A stretch of DNA of 63,840 nt, filler included, from an uncultured Methanosarcinales archaeon (GTDB taxonomy: Archaea; Nanobdellota; Nanobdellia; Woesearchaeales; CAYSVS01), in the NCBI GenBank assembly GCA_964434475.1. It is 8 parts of 8 records of this genome, joined end to end, with 100 filler letters (N's around TTAATTAATTAA, not from the genome) between each part and the next. Parts side by side here need not be neighbours in the genome. Positions count along the whole stretch, not along the records: positions 34,987 to 43,040 come from CAYSVS010000057.1; positions 43,141 to 51,081 come from CAYSVS010000058.1; 6 more parts are not named here. The stretch is one strand, 5' to 3'. Of the stretch, positions 38,906-50,846 are shown one piece after another. Position numbers and translations under genes: made by a program. The notes beneath the pieces were generated by a model. That model was not told the DNA's origin, searched no databases, and worked only from the letters and a program-made list of their open reading frames with translations. Each line of letters starts with the position of its first letter. The stretch's first letter is position 1.

Positions 38906-39672
38906 AAAGCCATATTATATTTAAGATAAGTATGATTTTTCTTATTTTGTTGATGCCTTTAGTTTTTGCAGATATTAATTTAGGCGATATTAATAACACT
39001 ATTGAGGAAGATTACGTAAATCTTATGGTTAAGCCTCTGGAACTTGACAATTATCTTATTAATGGCGTGACTACGATAATAAAGGCAAATATTGTGAATA
39101 TAGGTTCTAATGATGCTGATCAAGTTATAATAAAATTTTATGTAGACAAAAATTTAGAGGATACCTTCATAGTAGATGAGCTGCCTTCTGGTCAGGATTT
39201 AGCTGTTGCTTTTGACTGGGTTCCAGATGAAGGTATGCACCTTTTGCAAATTATGGTGGACTCATCAAACAAAGAATCAGATATAGAAGACAATATAGCG
39301 AACAAGCACGTAAAAGTAGAGAATATAATACCTGTAAATATAGATAATTTGGACGGCACATTAAGCATGCCTCCTTATTTCGCATTAGATGAAATATCTG
39401 AATTTGAAGTTCAGAGCCATATAACAAATTATGGTAAAGAAGATATAAGGAATTTGCCTGTTGACTTGTATATTGATGGAGGCATAAATATGAAAGGTCC
39501 TGCAAGAAAAACATTGTTTTCACTTAAAGCAGGAGAAAGTAAAGTTTTGACATGGACTTTGACGACAGGCACAAAATACACAAGACCAGGGAATGTAATC
39601 ATATTGAAGATTGCAGATAAACCTGTATCAAACAAAAAAATTACTTATGACGGGGAGCACGGATTTGTATGA
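38902..39672 (+). CDS. CARDB-domain secreted protein
   Basis: I.NIGS..A...FYVD...W...G.H...VDS..ESD..DN. Confidence 0.8.
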   Translation: MKSHIIFKISMIFLILLMPLVFADINLGDINNTIEEDYVNLMVKPLELDNYLINGVTTIIKANIVNIGSNDADQVIIKFYVDKNLEDTFIVDELPSGQDLAVAFDWVPDEGMHLLQIMVDSSNKESDIEDNIANKHVKVENIIPVNIDNLDGTLSMPPYFALDEISEFEVQSHITNYGKEDIRNLPVDLYIDGGINMKGPARKTLFSLKAGESKVLTWTLTTGTKYTRPGNVIILKIADKPVSNKKITYDGEHGFV

Positions 39673-42548
39673 ACGCTAAGACTATTTTTTGGATGTTTGT
39701 ATTCTTTGTTTTTGCTAGTTTTGTTTGTGCTCAAGGTTCTGTATGGACAGGAGCATTAAGCCCTTCAACAGTAAGTATGTGTGGAGAGTACTCTGATCAA
39801 GCTACTATAACAGCATCAAATGTATGGAATGCTGAAACAATACAATTAGAGGACTTGACTGCTGTATTGATAATACCTGATTCATCTGACCTTAACCTGA
39901 TTTCAAGCGAGAGTGTAAATCTAGGCGATGTGGCTGGACAAAGTAAATCAAATATAGATCCTTCGTGGGTAATCGAATGCAATAATAGTATTGCAGGTAC
40001 TTTTACATTGTATGTAAATTATACAACTTCAAACGGATATAATGGTTCATCTATAGATCAAGCTACGACAGAAGTGACAACTTATGCTGATGTGGATAGT
40101 GATGCACCTTTAATATTATCGCATCATCCTGGTGAGTATGTCAATACTCAGTTGATAGAGCTTTATGTAGAAACAAATGAAAATGCGAATTGCAGATACA
40201 GCACTTCTGATGTGTCCTATGATAGTATGTCATCAACCTTTAGCATTACAGGTTCAACAGAGCATAATCGTACTTTAAGCGGATTGACAGAAGAACAGCA
40301 TACATATTATATAAGATGTGAAGATGCTAACGGAAACAAGATGTCAAGCTCATACGCTGTATCTTTTACAGTAGACAAAACTTTGCCTGTAATAACAAGC
40401 CATGAGCCGGAAGCACATATATCAGGAAGTACCACAAATATAAAAGTTGTAACAAATGAATATGCAAAATGCAGGTATTCGAGTATAGCTGATAAAGATT
40501 ATGAAAATATGGAGAACGCTTTAACTAGTGTATATTCTTTAGAGCATAGTAAACCATTATCAGGATTAAGTTCACAGCCTTATACTTATTATGTGAAATG
40601 TATAGATAAGGCAGGAAACGATATGGTAAACGATTATGAGATTAGTTTTGAACAAGATTTGCCGCCTAGTGCTGAGATTGAATTAAGCGTTTCCAGCCCT
40701 TTAAAACCTGGAACATTGGAAGTGACTGTGACAACTTCAGAAGATGTGCAATATAAGCCAATACTTAAATACACTATAGATGGGTCAACAACAGATGTTC
40801 CTTTGTTTGGTTCAGGCAATGATTGGAGCGGATATATGATTATCTCTTCAGGAGATGAAGGCGTAGGTTCGTTTAGCTTTACTGCTACTGACCTTAATGG
40901 TAATGAAGGAACAGAGATAACAGATGGAAGCGTATTTATCGTTGATTCAAATGCTCCTTCAACCCCTATAGATCTTGCAGGAAAGAGTTATTTTAATGGA
41001 GATATAGATCTAAGATGGTATCATGACGGAGAGGATGTATCTGGGTATAATATATATAGATCATCTACTCCAGGCGTATCTATAACTGATTATTTTGATA
41101 ACTGCTCTTCAAAAAGCTATGAAGATAATTCTGCAAAACCAGGAAACACTTATTATTATGCGGTTAGTGCTGTAGATGGTGCAGGAAATGAAGGTCAATT
41201 GTCTTTAGAGATTGAGGTTGTTTCGATAGATGAAGAAGATGAAGATGATGCAGAAGATGGAGAAGATGAAGAATCTACTCAAGAAGAAGAATCAATTTCA
41301 GAAGGATTGGATGTTGATCTGCATTATAAAGTGGACAACAAGGTAGAGGATATCAAGAACCTTATAACTGATGTCGAAGATGCGAAGGATACTATGCTTA
41401 AATCAAATGAAGATATTTCAAAAATGTTAGGGTTTGATGATATTTACTCAGAATATAAAGATAAGCTTGAAAATTTAAAGTCTGATTCAGAAAATTTGAA
41501 GAATAGAGTGATGACTCAATCTGAGCTGAATTCAGAATTAAGCAAGATAAATGTTGAACTTGCATCTATGCGGAAAGAGATACCTGTAATGGTGGATATA
41601 GATGATGAATCAAAGGAAACATATGATCCAGACTCATTAGATATAGAAGAAGCTGTTGAAGAATACCTTAAGTCAAGAAGGATGAGTAATATAGAGTCTT
41701 CTGAAAAACAGGATTTTATAGAAGAGATTACAGCTATGCAGGCAAATTTTATGGTCGAAAATGTTGCAAAGGAACTTAAGATAAAATATTTAGACGGGGA
41801 AAAAGAGTATAAAATATTGATAGAAAAAAATATAGAGTTAAAGGATGATAGTGAAGAACTTATACTGATCGAAACAATACCTAAATCTATTGCAGAGGAT
41901 GTTTCTGAGATTAGTTTTTCAGGTTTAAACTATAAAGTTATCAATTCTGATCCTGTTGTCAAGATAGAATATGATGATCCTGGAAAAAGTGTTAAAATAT
42001 CTTATGTGGTAAATAATAAGGTAGATTCTGCAAAAGGTATAAAAACAATATTTGTCAAGGATTATAACATAGAAAGATCAGAGAGCAAGGAAGAAAACAA
42101 TAAATTTACAGGTGCAGTTATAGGAGATAAAATAGGTTCAAGTTTTGATATTGTTAAGGATAATCTTTCTACAATAGCATTATTGGGAATAGTTGCATGG
42201 CTTTTGTTTGTTAATTATTTTAATAATGGCGGAAGCATAGGTTCAAATATAGGTAAAAATACTAAAGGATTCGGTCAGATGTATGAGATAAAGTCAAAGA
42301 TAAAAGATTATTTTGATACTTCTAGGCAATTGAAATTGATAAACGGCAAAAGGCTGAAGGACTTAAATGATCTGTATTCTTATTTGAATAGCATAGATAA
42401 TAATGTGTTTAGGTTTCATCAGCAAAATAATGATTTCAGTTATTGGACAGGCAATGTTTTAGGTTTTAAACAGTTTGCATCAAAGATAGGTTATGCTAAA
42501 GACCAGAAAGAGATGCAAAGGATGATGATTGATCATTTCAGAAGATGA
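39669..42548 (+). CDS. Large surface protein: Ig-like repeats, FN3, acidic linker, coiled coil, TM, cytoplasmic DUF5752-like domain
   Basis: TNExAxCRYS repeats; GYNIYRS...YYYAVSAVD; NGKRLKDLNDL...FRFH..NNDFSYW. Confidence 0.85.
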   Translation: MNAKTIFWMFVFFVFASFVCAQGSVWTGALSPSTVSMCGEYSDQATITASNVWNAETIQLEDLTAVLIIPDSSDLNLISSESVNLGDVAGQSKSNIDPSWVIECNNSIAGTFTLYVNYTTSNGYNGSSIDQATTEVTTYADVDSDAPLILSHHPGEYVNTQLIELYVETNENANCRYSTSDVSYDSMSSTFSITGSTEHNRTLSGLTEEQHTYYIRCEDANGNKMSSSYAVSFTVDKTLPVITSHEPEAHISGSTTNIKVVTNEYAKCRYSSIADKDYENMENALTSVYSLEHSKPLSGLSSQPYTYYVKCIDKAGNDMVNDYEISFEQDLPPSAEIELSVSSPLKPGTLEVTVTTSEDVQYKPILKYTIDGSTTDVPLFGSGNDWSGYMIISSGDEGVGSFSFTATDLNGNEGTEITDGSVFIVDSNAPSTPIDLAGKSYFNGDIDLRWYHDGEDVSGYNIYRSSTPGVSITDYFDNCSSKSYEDNSAKPGNTYYYAVSAVDGAGNEGQLSLEIEVVSIDEEDEDDAEDGEDEESTQEEESISEGLDVDLHYKVDNKVEDIKNLITDVEDAKDTMLKSNEDISKMLGFDDIYSEYKDKLENLKSDSENLKNRVMTQSELNSELSKINVELASMRKEIPVMVDIDDESKETYDPDSLDIEEAVEEYLKSRRMSNIESSEKQDFIEEITAMQANFMVENVAKELKIKYLDGEKEYKILIEKNIELKDDSEELILIETIPKSIAEDVSEISFSGLNYKVINSDPVVKIEYDDPGKSVKISYVVNNKVDSAKGIKTIFVKDYNIERSESKEENNKFTGAVIGDKIGSSFDIVKDNLSTIALLGIVAWLLFVNYFNNGGSIGSNIGKNTKGFGQMYEIKSKIKDYFDTSRQLKLINGKRLKDLNDLYSYLNSIDNNVFRFHQQNNDFSYWTGNVLGFKQFASKIGYAKDQKEMQRMMIDHFRR

Positions 42549-42988
42549 TGTCTTATTTTTAGTTTTTAATATACGCGAATGTTCAAATACTTTATAGATA
42601 TTGTGGTAATCTTAGATAATCTTTTTAGATTATTCTTGATTTTAATGAGTGATGTTAGAATATAATTAGTCTAAATAGATCATATTTAAAATTAAAACAA
42701 AATTTGATTTCTTGCTGTGTTTCATACTCTGCAGATTGCTCTTTTTGGGTTTTCTGCATGATTCAAATGCCTGCACTTTAATCCTAAATTTTCAATGCTA
42801 AAAATTCTTGACTTTTGAGCATTTTTTTAATCTGTTGCGAGTAATACCTATTAGGTTTTGGATATTCTTATAATTCATAGATTTGTGGTATCTTGAACAA
42901 ATTTCAACAGGACGAGCAATCAAGAGACAAATTTTTGTTATTTCTAAGAATCTGTGTTTGGATATATTTTGGTTAAACAAGTATCCTA

Positions 42989-43040
42989 TAGAGAACTTTG
43001 CATAATTGCTGTTTAGCTTAGCTTTTTAGATTAATTGCAC
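42989..43040 (+). mobile_element. Terminus of IS-like element A, second copy
   Basis: Reverse complement of 4-55. Confidence 0.6.
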
Positions 43041-43140
43041 NNNNNNNNNNNNNNNNNNNNNNNNNNNNNNNNNNNNNNNNNNNNTTAATTAATTAANNNN
43101 NNNNNNNNNNNNNNNNNNNNNNNNNNNNNNNNNNNNNNNN

Positions 43141-43439
43141 TTGGTTTAGTTCTTGTCCTTTTAACAGGACTGATTGCTGTTCCAATGGCTGCACTAGTCT
43201 TGTTCGTGCTTGGATTGATTGTAGGGTTTCTAAATATTAGAGCAAAAGAAACTGAAAAGTTTTTGCTTGCAACTATTGCCCTGATGCTATTAGGGATAGG
43301 AAGCATAGAAACTTTAACAATCTTAGGAACAACTATTAGCACTGCGCTGAATACAATTCTAGCTAGTTTGACAGCATTTGCAGGAGCTTCAGCATTAGTT
43401 GTTGCAGTTAAAGCCGTACTAGAAATAGGAAAAGCCTAA
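43141..43439 (+). CDS. Small membrane protein (5' truncated by contig start)
   Basis: LGLIVGFLNI..KE..KFLLATIAL pattern; frame open from the contig edge. Confidence 0.75.
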
Positions 43440-43611
43440 TATTTTTTTTTATTTTTTATAATCTTTGATTTGTTTGAATTTTTTTGTTCATTCTTATCAC
43501 ATAACACATGAAAATACCTATTCCTTTATAATCTTATTCTTAATAAGAAGATTGATTTAATAAAATGATTATAAATTGTCCAGTAGATTCTTATTTTTGA
43601 TTGCCCACTGC

Positions 43612-43710
43612 GTTCGCTCGATAGAACGCCTCTCAAGATTACTCTGCGGACGCAATCCTACCCCCTTTGTAGGTTAAAAGAGCATAACAGGACCCTATGT
43701 TAATTGCAAT
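43612..43710 (+). repeat. attC-like repeat, near-identical to 49236-49338
   Basis: About 90-bp direct repeat with CCTAC..GTAGG hairpin, ending ATAACAGGACCCTATGTTAATTG. Confidence 0.7.
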
Positions 43711-44051
43711 TTTTGAGAATGCCTACAAGTTAGAGTTCAAACAAAGAAATAGGAAACAATATTTTTTCTCCCGCCCAATAGGAGAGATGCACACAGTTCT
43801 CTTTTCAATAAAACTAAATAGCAAAAACTTCGTTTTTGGATTTATAGGGGATTGCCTTAGTCCTTCTGACAGATAATCTCGGCTTCGCCTCGCAGAAAAA
43901 CTTCTTTTATCCGACCAACGAAAACAGAAAAGAAATTAAAATTTCTTCTAACAAAGGATGAAAGGTTTCACCCTGATTTTTCTGATTAATAGTTAAAGGG
44001 CTGAAATTTTTCGATATCTTTTTATACCATTATTATTAATATTATTATAAT

Positions 44052-47000
44052 ATGAAAAAGAGGAGATTTATTTTATTAGTTTGTATATTGTTATTTATAT
44101 CTTTAATTAGTTATATTTCTGTTGCGTCTATTGATTTATTCTCACCCGATAATGAATCAATGCTTTCTAACAGTTTAGTTACATTTAATTACAATATAAC
44201 TTCTGGACAAAATATTGAAAACTGCACCATCAATATAGCGGGAGATTTAAAAGAGATAGACACAGATGGTTTAGGAGGCAGTCAAACTTTTAGTTTAGGT
44301 ATTGAAGATAATATTTTAGTGACTGCTGATACTTCCGGGAGTGTAGGTTTGGGAGTATTTAATATATCTGACAAAAGTAATCCAGTTAGAACATATATTG
44401 AAGATTTTAGTGCAGGTGGTGTAGATATTGAAAACCAAATTGCCTATATAACTGATTATTCGAACGCTCTTTTAAAAATATACAATGTTTCAAATCCCAA
44501 CAATGTTAGAAATATAGCTAATATTTCTGTTGGCTCATTCCCTGTTCCTGTTGAGGTTCATGAAGGTTATGCTTATCCTCAAGAGTATAGTGGATCAAAT
44601 ATGTATATTGTGAATGTTACTGATCCTTTCAACCCTTCCTTACTTAGCACAATAGGATTATCTGCGACGACTCCTTATGGGAATGGTGTTAAAATAATCA
44701 AAAATACTCTTTTCGTAGCAACAAAAAATGGGAAAGTCACTATTTATAATATAACAAATAAATCAAATCCTAATCAAATTAAACAATATTCTTACACAGG
44801 AAGTCCAGAACTTACAGGTATTGATGTTGATGAAAATTATATGTATATAGCAGATTATACAAATAATAGATTGAGTATATTAAATAATCCTTGTTCTTTA
44901 TTTTCTTCTCCATCTTGTCTGGATACATGGACAGAAATAGGAAATAACAATAAAACTGAAGGATTTACCAAACCCCGTCACCTTGATATTCAAGGAGATT
45001 TTGTTTATTTTGCTAGACACGCAAACCCTGGAGGTATTCAGATATATGATGTTAGTGATAGAACAAATCCAAGATTAATTGACAGTCAATATGTTTGGAC
45101 TAGTCCAAATACTGTTGAAGCTACAGGAAATTATATTTATGCTAGTATGAATCAAGGAGCTTTAAAAACTTTAGAATTTAACATAACTTCAGATACTGAA
45201 CAATCTATATCAGATGGAATTCAAAATTTTACAAAAATATTAAAAGATGATTCATATAAATGGTTTATCTCATGTACAGACAATACAACTAATAAAAATT
45301 CTAGTGTTATTTATACATTTATTATAGATACTACTAATCCCTTAATCAAATATAATCCTAATACCAACCCTTCCGGATATCAAGACCAAGATTGGATATT
45401 AATTAATATAACTGCTTCTGATACAAATAAAGACTCTGTTAAACTATACTGGCAAGGTTCTCTAGAAGATTTTCAAAATCAAGATGGAGATATTTATTGG
45501 AGTAATAAAACAGGATTAATAGATGGAAATTATAGTTTTTATAGTTGGATTAATGATNNNNNNNNNNNNNNNNNNNNNNNNNNNNNNNNNNNNNNNNNNN
45601 NNNNNNNNNNNNNNNNNNNNNNNNNNNNNNNNNNNNNNNNNNNNNNNNNNNNNNNNNGATTGGATATTAATTAATATAACTGCTTCTGATACAAATAAAG
45701 ACTCTGTTAAACTATACTGGCAAGGTTCTCTAGAAGATTTTCAAAATCAGGACAGAGATATTTATTGGAGTAATAAAACAGGATTAATAGACGGAAATTA
45801 TAGTTTTTATAGTTGGATTAATGATACGGCAGGACAAACAAATATAACTTCAACAAGAACTACTGAAATTGATACCACTAATCCACTAATCGAATATAAT
45901 CCTAATACCAACCCTTCCGGATATCAAGACCAAGATTGGGTATTAATTAATATAACTGCTTCTGATACAAATAAAGACTCTGTTAAACTATACTGGCAAG
46001 GTTCTCTAGAAGATTTTCAAAATCAAGATGGAGATATTTATTGGAGTAATAAAACAGGATTAATAGATGGAAATTATAGTTTTTATAGTTGGATTAATGA
46101 TACGGCAGGACAAACAAATGAAACTTCAACAAGAACTACTGTAATTGATACACTTTTGCCTGTTGTAACTTTTATTTCACCCCCTAATCAGAGTTTTTCA
46201 AATGGAAATCAAACATTTAAATTTAATGTTACTGATGAAGGAGGAATTGCAAACTGCAGTTTAATTTTAGATGATTCTATAAATTTAACTGATAACTCAA
46301 TAAATGTTGAGATAAATCAAACATTCAAAAAAGTTTTATCAGCAGGTTCTCATAATTGGAGCATTAATTGTACTGACAATGTAGGAAAGAAAGATTCAAC
46401 AAAAACAAGAACAATTACAGTTATAAAATCAACTAATTTTTCAGGAAAATCAACTGACTTTTCACAATATAATTCTACTTCAATTCAGAATATAAGTAAC
46501 CTTATTTTAGAAGAACCCAATTATGGTAAAATTAATTTTACTTCTTCAGTTAATTTATCTGGAGGCAAGGATATAGATGCTCATATTAACATATTTGATA
46601 AAAGCATTTCAATTAATTCTACTGCATTACCAGAATTAAACAAATCAGCAATCATTTATTTTTATGGAGTTACATATACTGGTCCAGGAATTTTAAGGGA
46701 CGGAGAAACATGTCCTTCAGCTATTTGCCAGGAGATAAGTTATTCTTCAAATACGTATATAGTAAATGTAACGGAATTTAGTAAATATACTATAACAGAA
46801 ACTTATTCTGCACCAACAACTGAAGAAGAAACAACAACATCTTATTCAAGAGGAGGAGTCCCAATATACTACCCCACAGAATCAAACTTACAAGAAGGAT
46901 ATTCAAAAATCTTAGGCAAAAATGGGAAATTACGATTTAATATCATAAATGAAACTCACGAGTTAAAAGTTGATAATATACAAAACAATTCGGCAACAAT

Positions 47001-47421
47001 TACAATTTCAAGTAACCCGATAACTTTTAATTTATCAATAAATGAAACTAAAAAAATTGACTTTGATAATAATGGATTTTATGATCTCTCGGTCTTACTT
47101 AAGAACATAACAGGACATACTTATTATCGAAAAGCAGAAGTTCATACTAAATCCATTAATGAAGAAATTCAAGATCAATCAAATAAAATTGAACAAGACA
47201 ACAATAAAACTAAAGATACAAATTTAACTGAAAAAGACAATAATCTTAATGAGAAAGACAATCTGCAAAAAGGCAATAATAAAACTAAAGACACTATCCA
47301 AGAAAATATTAAATACGATAAATCAATTTATGTAATTATAGGGGTTATTTCAATTGCTATTATAATCACTCTTTTAATTCTAAAATTCAAACCAAGAAAG
47401 AAAGGAAAAGGAAAAAAATAA
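44052..47421 (+). CDS. Large surface glycoprotein: LVIVD beta-propeller, tandem 92-aa Ig-like repeats, C-terminal TM; one gene across the N gap
   Basis: LKIYNVSNP, YIVNVTDP and IQIYDVSD repeats; the same repeat unit lies on both sides of gap 45558-45657. Confidence 0.85.
45322..46152 (+). repeat. 276-bp intragenic tandem repeat (at least 3 copies; true number unresolved)
   Basis: Near-identical DTTNPLI.YNPNTNPSGYQDQDW...SWIND units. Confidence 0.9.
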
Positions 47422-47483
47422 ACAGTCTACCAAAATCTTTTTAAAAAAAGCAAAAAGACGAAAATCTCTGCGTCATACTGTGC

Positions 47484-47543
47484 CTTCACTTCGGCATTTT
47501 TTCTTGCAGAAAAAACGTATAACAACGCGATGTTAAGTTCAAT
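47484..47543 (+). repeat. attC-like repeat family member
   Basis: TTTTTTCTTGCA.AAAAAACGTATAACA shared with about 49800-49830; ends GTTAAGTTCAAT. Confidence 0.55.
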
Positions 47544-47644
47544 AAAATAAGAGTTCCTTTTTTAGAAATAGGAAATCCCTATTCCTCTGGACATTTTGCT
47601 TTTCTCTTCGAAAACCAAATTTATTTTGAAGGGATGCTCTCAAC

Positions 47645-48928
47645 CTATTTATCTTGTGCTTTCAGCTTTGCATTATCTACATAACCTTTAGGTGTCCAAA
47701 ATCCTTTAAGAAGAGTTGAATCAATTTTGCTTCTTCCTTCGCCTTCATATTGAACTCCTTGTTTTGCAAATTCATCTAATGCTCTCTGAACTGGTTGAGC
47801 ACAATATCTTAATTCACTAACTAATTGAGGACTCAAATTACCTTGAGAATCAAAATTATATATGTGCTGTTCTACAAAACGAAGAGGATATGTTGGGTCA
47901 AGTGTAACTTCATTCAATAATTCCTTTTTTTGATTAAGAGTTGCTGGATCTTGTGGGTGACCTAACTCTTTATCTGCCAATACAGTTATCGCATATTGAA
48001 AAAGCTTTAATCGATATTCTTGTAATTGAGAAATATCCTTTGATTCTCGATATATCTCCAAAAAATTATGCTGAATTCCTAAATCTCTTTGAGTTTCTGG
48101 AGAATTTTTCAAATCTTCAAAAATAACTTTCTGATAGAATTGTGCAATCTATTCCATTGTAGCAGTAGTAAGAGCAGTATCTTTAGTCAGGAAATATGGA
48201 AGATCATTTGTTTTTGTAATTACTTGGTTTAAAGCATGACCCATTCCTTCATGACCATATAAAGTAATTAAATCTCTTTCTCTAATATGTAAACTTCCCT
48301 CTTCTGTTGTAAAACAAATTGCGGGAATTCCAATTGCTAAAGTATTAGTGATTGGATGAAAATATGATCTTCCTCCTGTTGTAGGAACTGCACTAATATC
48401 TCTTAAAAATTCTCCAACTTGTGTCAAATCTTGAAAAAGTTTTCCTAATCTCTTATGATATTTTTGAATATGAACTGCTGCAACTTCTTCAGCTTGTCTT
48501 CTTACTCCAGGAATATCAGTAGGAAGTTCCAATTCATATTTCTGAATATCTTTAATTTGATACAATCTTTCTATAGCTTCTTGAGTTTTTGGTCTGTTTA
48601 CAACAAGCCAATCTCTTAATCCACTTATATCAGATTCAGGAATACCATACATAGAAACTACAGTATCAAAATCATAATGCATTGGTGTAATTCTCTGTTC
48701 AAGAGTCAAAGCTTCTCCATTCAATCTTCTTTTTAATTCAGATTGAACTAATTGATCTTGATTTTCAGGAGATTCAATATCAGGAAGAGAATCAGCAAGT
48801 TCTTTCATCTCAGCCACAGTTCTAGATGCTTCTTGATATGGAAATACTTTATATTTGCTTCCGAATTTTCCCATTCTATCAAGCTTTTTTAATAATCCTT
48901 CACTTGCAACTACAATACCATCACTCAT
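47645..48928 (-). pseudogene. Zn-metallopeptidase-like gene (HEGMGH...E) interrupted by an in-frame TAG at 48149-48151
   Basis: The two ORFs share a frame: ...TATME*IAQFYQKVIFEDLKNSPET... Confidence 0.75.
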
Positions 48929-49061
48929 TTTCTAACCTCAAAAATTGATTTAATGCATATTCAATTAAATGACTTTTATTTCTAAATAAACCCTTATTTA
49001 CTTTATTCTCTCTTGTATTAATCATATTCTCTTCAATAGTGATACTCAATTTTTGCTTCAT
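48921..49061 (-). CDS. CopG/MetJ-like ribbon-helix-helix regulator, 46 aa (MKQKLSITIEE...FRNKSHLIEYALNQFL)
   Basis: Hand-translated; overlaps the peptidase start; TATA upstream. Confidence 0.8.
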   Translation of the reverse strand: MKQKLSITIEENMINTRENKVNKGLFRNKSHLIEYALNQFLRLENE

Positions 49062-49235
49062 AGTATGATGTAGTATAAAACACTACTACTTAAATGTTTC
49101 TGTGTAATAACTACTCTTGAGTAAATAATTGTTTCTTATTTGCTGTTGAGAGCACCCTTGATACTTGTTCTTGTTGCATTAAGAAATCAAATATTTCTGG
49201 TGTCTCAAAAATACAGGGTTTTTGAGCATATCACA

Positions 49236-49338
49236 TTCGCTCTCTAGATAGAACGCCTCTAAAATTTACTCTGCGGACGCAATCCTACCCCACTTTGTAG
49301 GATAAAAGAGCATAACAGGACCCTATGTTAATTGTAAT
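49236..49338 (+). repeat. attC-like repeat, near-identical to 43612-43710
   Basis: Direct sequence match. Confidence 0.7.
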
Positions 49339-49443
49339 TAAATTCTCACTTAACCTTAAAGCAGAGGAATCCAAATACTAAATACATTGGCTCGTTTTAG
49401 TGAATCAAAATAATTATATAATAAGAAACATTAAATAATTAAA

Positions 49444-49686
49444 ATGTCAAGTAAAAAAAAGATAAACCTAAGAAAGATAAGGAATAATCTAGATTTACTA
49501 ATGATACTCCTTTTGTGGATTTCTACATTTTTTGGGATATTTTATAAAGGTTCTATTAATGCAGGTATTTGGGGAAAGTGGCAAGGTTTAGAAATTGTGT
49601 TTCCTCTAATCATTTCTTTTTTCATCTCATCAGTTATAATATTACCCATCTATTTAATAAGGATATTTTATAAGAAAAAGAAATAA
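49444..49686 (+). CDS. Small two-TM membrane protein
   Basis: Hydrophobic pattern; TATA upstream. Confidence 0.6.
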   Translation: MSSKKKINLRKIRNNLDLLMILLLWISTFFGIFYKGSINAGIWGKWQGLEIVFPLIISFFISSVIILPIYLIRIFYKKKK

Positions 49687-49729
49687 TATTTCTTTTTGAT
49701 TAACTTAATTATTAAGTCTGGACTCCCCC

Positions 49730-49850
49730 ACAGTCCTAACGGACATATACACTCCCTGCGGTCGAATTGATCATTGTGAAAATTTAACTGAGCCTTAGGC
49801 TTTTTTTCTTGCAAAAAAAACGTATAACAGGACCCGAAATTAAATGAAAC
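49730..49850 (+). repeat. attC-like repeat with a possible R'' (GTCCTAAC) and a degenerate R', followed by a REP-like copy (49848-49883)
   Basis: CCTAAC...ATATAC...CGTATAACAGGACCC. Confidence 0.5.
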
Positions 49851-49935
49851 TCCCAACCGCAGCAAACTGCAGGGTATTAAACCCAGATAGGAATAAAGTT
49901 TATAAAGATTAAAAAATATTTATTTTTTATGAGGT

Positions 49936-50667
49936 GTGAAAATGTTTAATCTAAAAAATAAAGTTGCTATTATCACAGGAGCTTCTGGAGGGTTGGGTGA
50001 ATCTATGGCTATAGCTTTATCTGCACAAGGTGCTAATATAGCCATCCTTGATTTAAAAGATGGAACTGCGGTTGCTAAAAAACTGAAAACCAAATCTAAA
50101 TATTATAAATTAGATGTTACAAATGAAGAAGAGATTAAAAAAGTAGTAAGTGAGATAATAAAAGAATTTGGTTCTATTGATATCTTGATTAATAATGCAG
50201 GAGTTTATTTTACAACACCCATAGTTGAAACGAAAGTTGAAGATTGGGATAAATTGATTAATATTAATTTAAGAGGATATTTTTTAATGGCCAAACATTG
50301 TGTCCCTAAAATGAAAAAAGGCGGGAGAATTATTAATGTTTCTTCTGTTGCAGGACATCATGCTTTTGCAAGTTCTGCTGCTTACAATGCAAGTAAAGGG
50401 GCAGTTATTCAGTTAACAAAAACCATGGCTACAGAATATGCTGAAAAAATTAATGCAAATGCAATATGTCCAGGGATTTTTGTTACCCCTATGACAAAAG
50501 GATTATTAAAAAGCATGAAACCTACAATAAAAAATTATGTTCCATTAAAAAGAGCAGGGGAAGCAAAAGAAATAGGAGGATTAGTAGTTTATCTTTCTTC
50601 GGATGAATGCAGTTATATGACTGGTTCTATAATTACAATAGATGGTGGATGGACTTGTCATTTATAG
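49936..50667 (+). CDS. Classical short-chain dehydrogenase/reductase (FabG/KduD-like)
   Basis: TGASGGLG, INNAG, NVSS, YNASK, ICPG, IDGG. Confidence 0.93.
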   Translation: MKMFNLKNKVAIITGASGGLGESMAIALSAQGANIAILDLKDGTAVAKKLKTKSKYYKLDVTNEEEIKKVVSEIIKEFGSIDILINNAGVYFTTPIVETKVEDWDKLININLRGYFLMAKHCVPKMKKGGRIINVSSVAGHHAFASSAAYNASKGAVIQLTKTMATEYAEKINANAICPGIFVTPMTKGLLKSMKPTIKNYVPLKRAGEAKEIGGLVVYLSSDECSYMTGSIITIDGGWTCHL

Positions 50668-50765
50668 TTATGTATTATTCCCTTATTAATTGAGAAGTTT
50701 TTTAAGTAACCAGTGCTTCCAGCATTTACGAAAAACAAACTATTTTGCGGTCCATTTTTACTCTA

Positions 50766-50846
50766 CTCACTATGTTCGCTGGGACGTTGCACTTCTCACT
50801 TCGTTCGACCCCATTTAACAGGTCCCTATGTTAAATTCAATTTTTG
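50766..50846 (+). repeat. attC-like repeat family member
   Basis: CACTTCGTTCG...TTAACAGGTCCCTATGTTAAATTCAATTTTTGA. Confidence 0.55.

Noticed and set aside
45523..47421. Separate gene downstream of 44052-45674
   Set aside because: Same gene; the frame change is caused by the fixed-length N gap inside the tandem repeat
43612..50846. CRISPR array
   Set aside because: The repeats are kilobases apart and separated by genes; no regular repeat-spacer pattern or cas genes anywhere in the window
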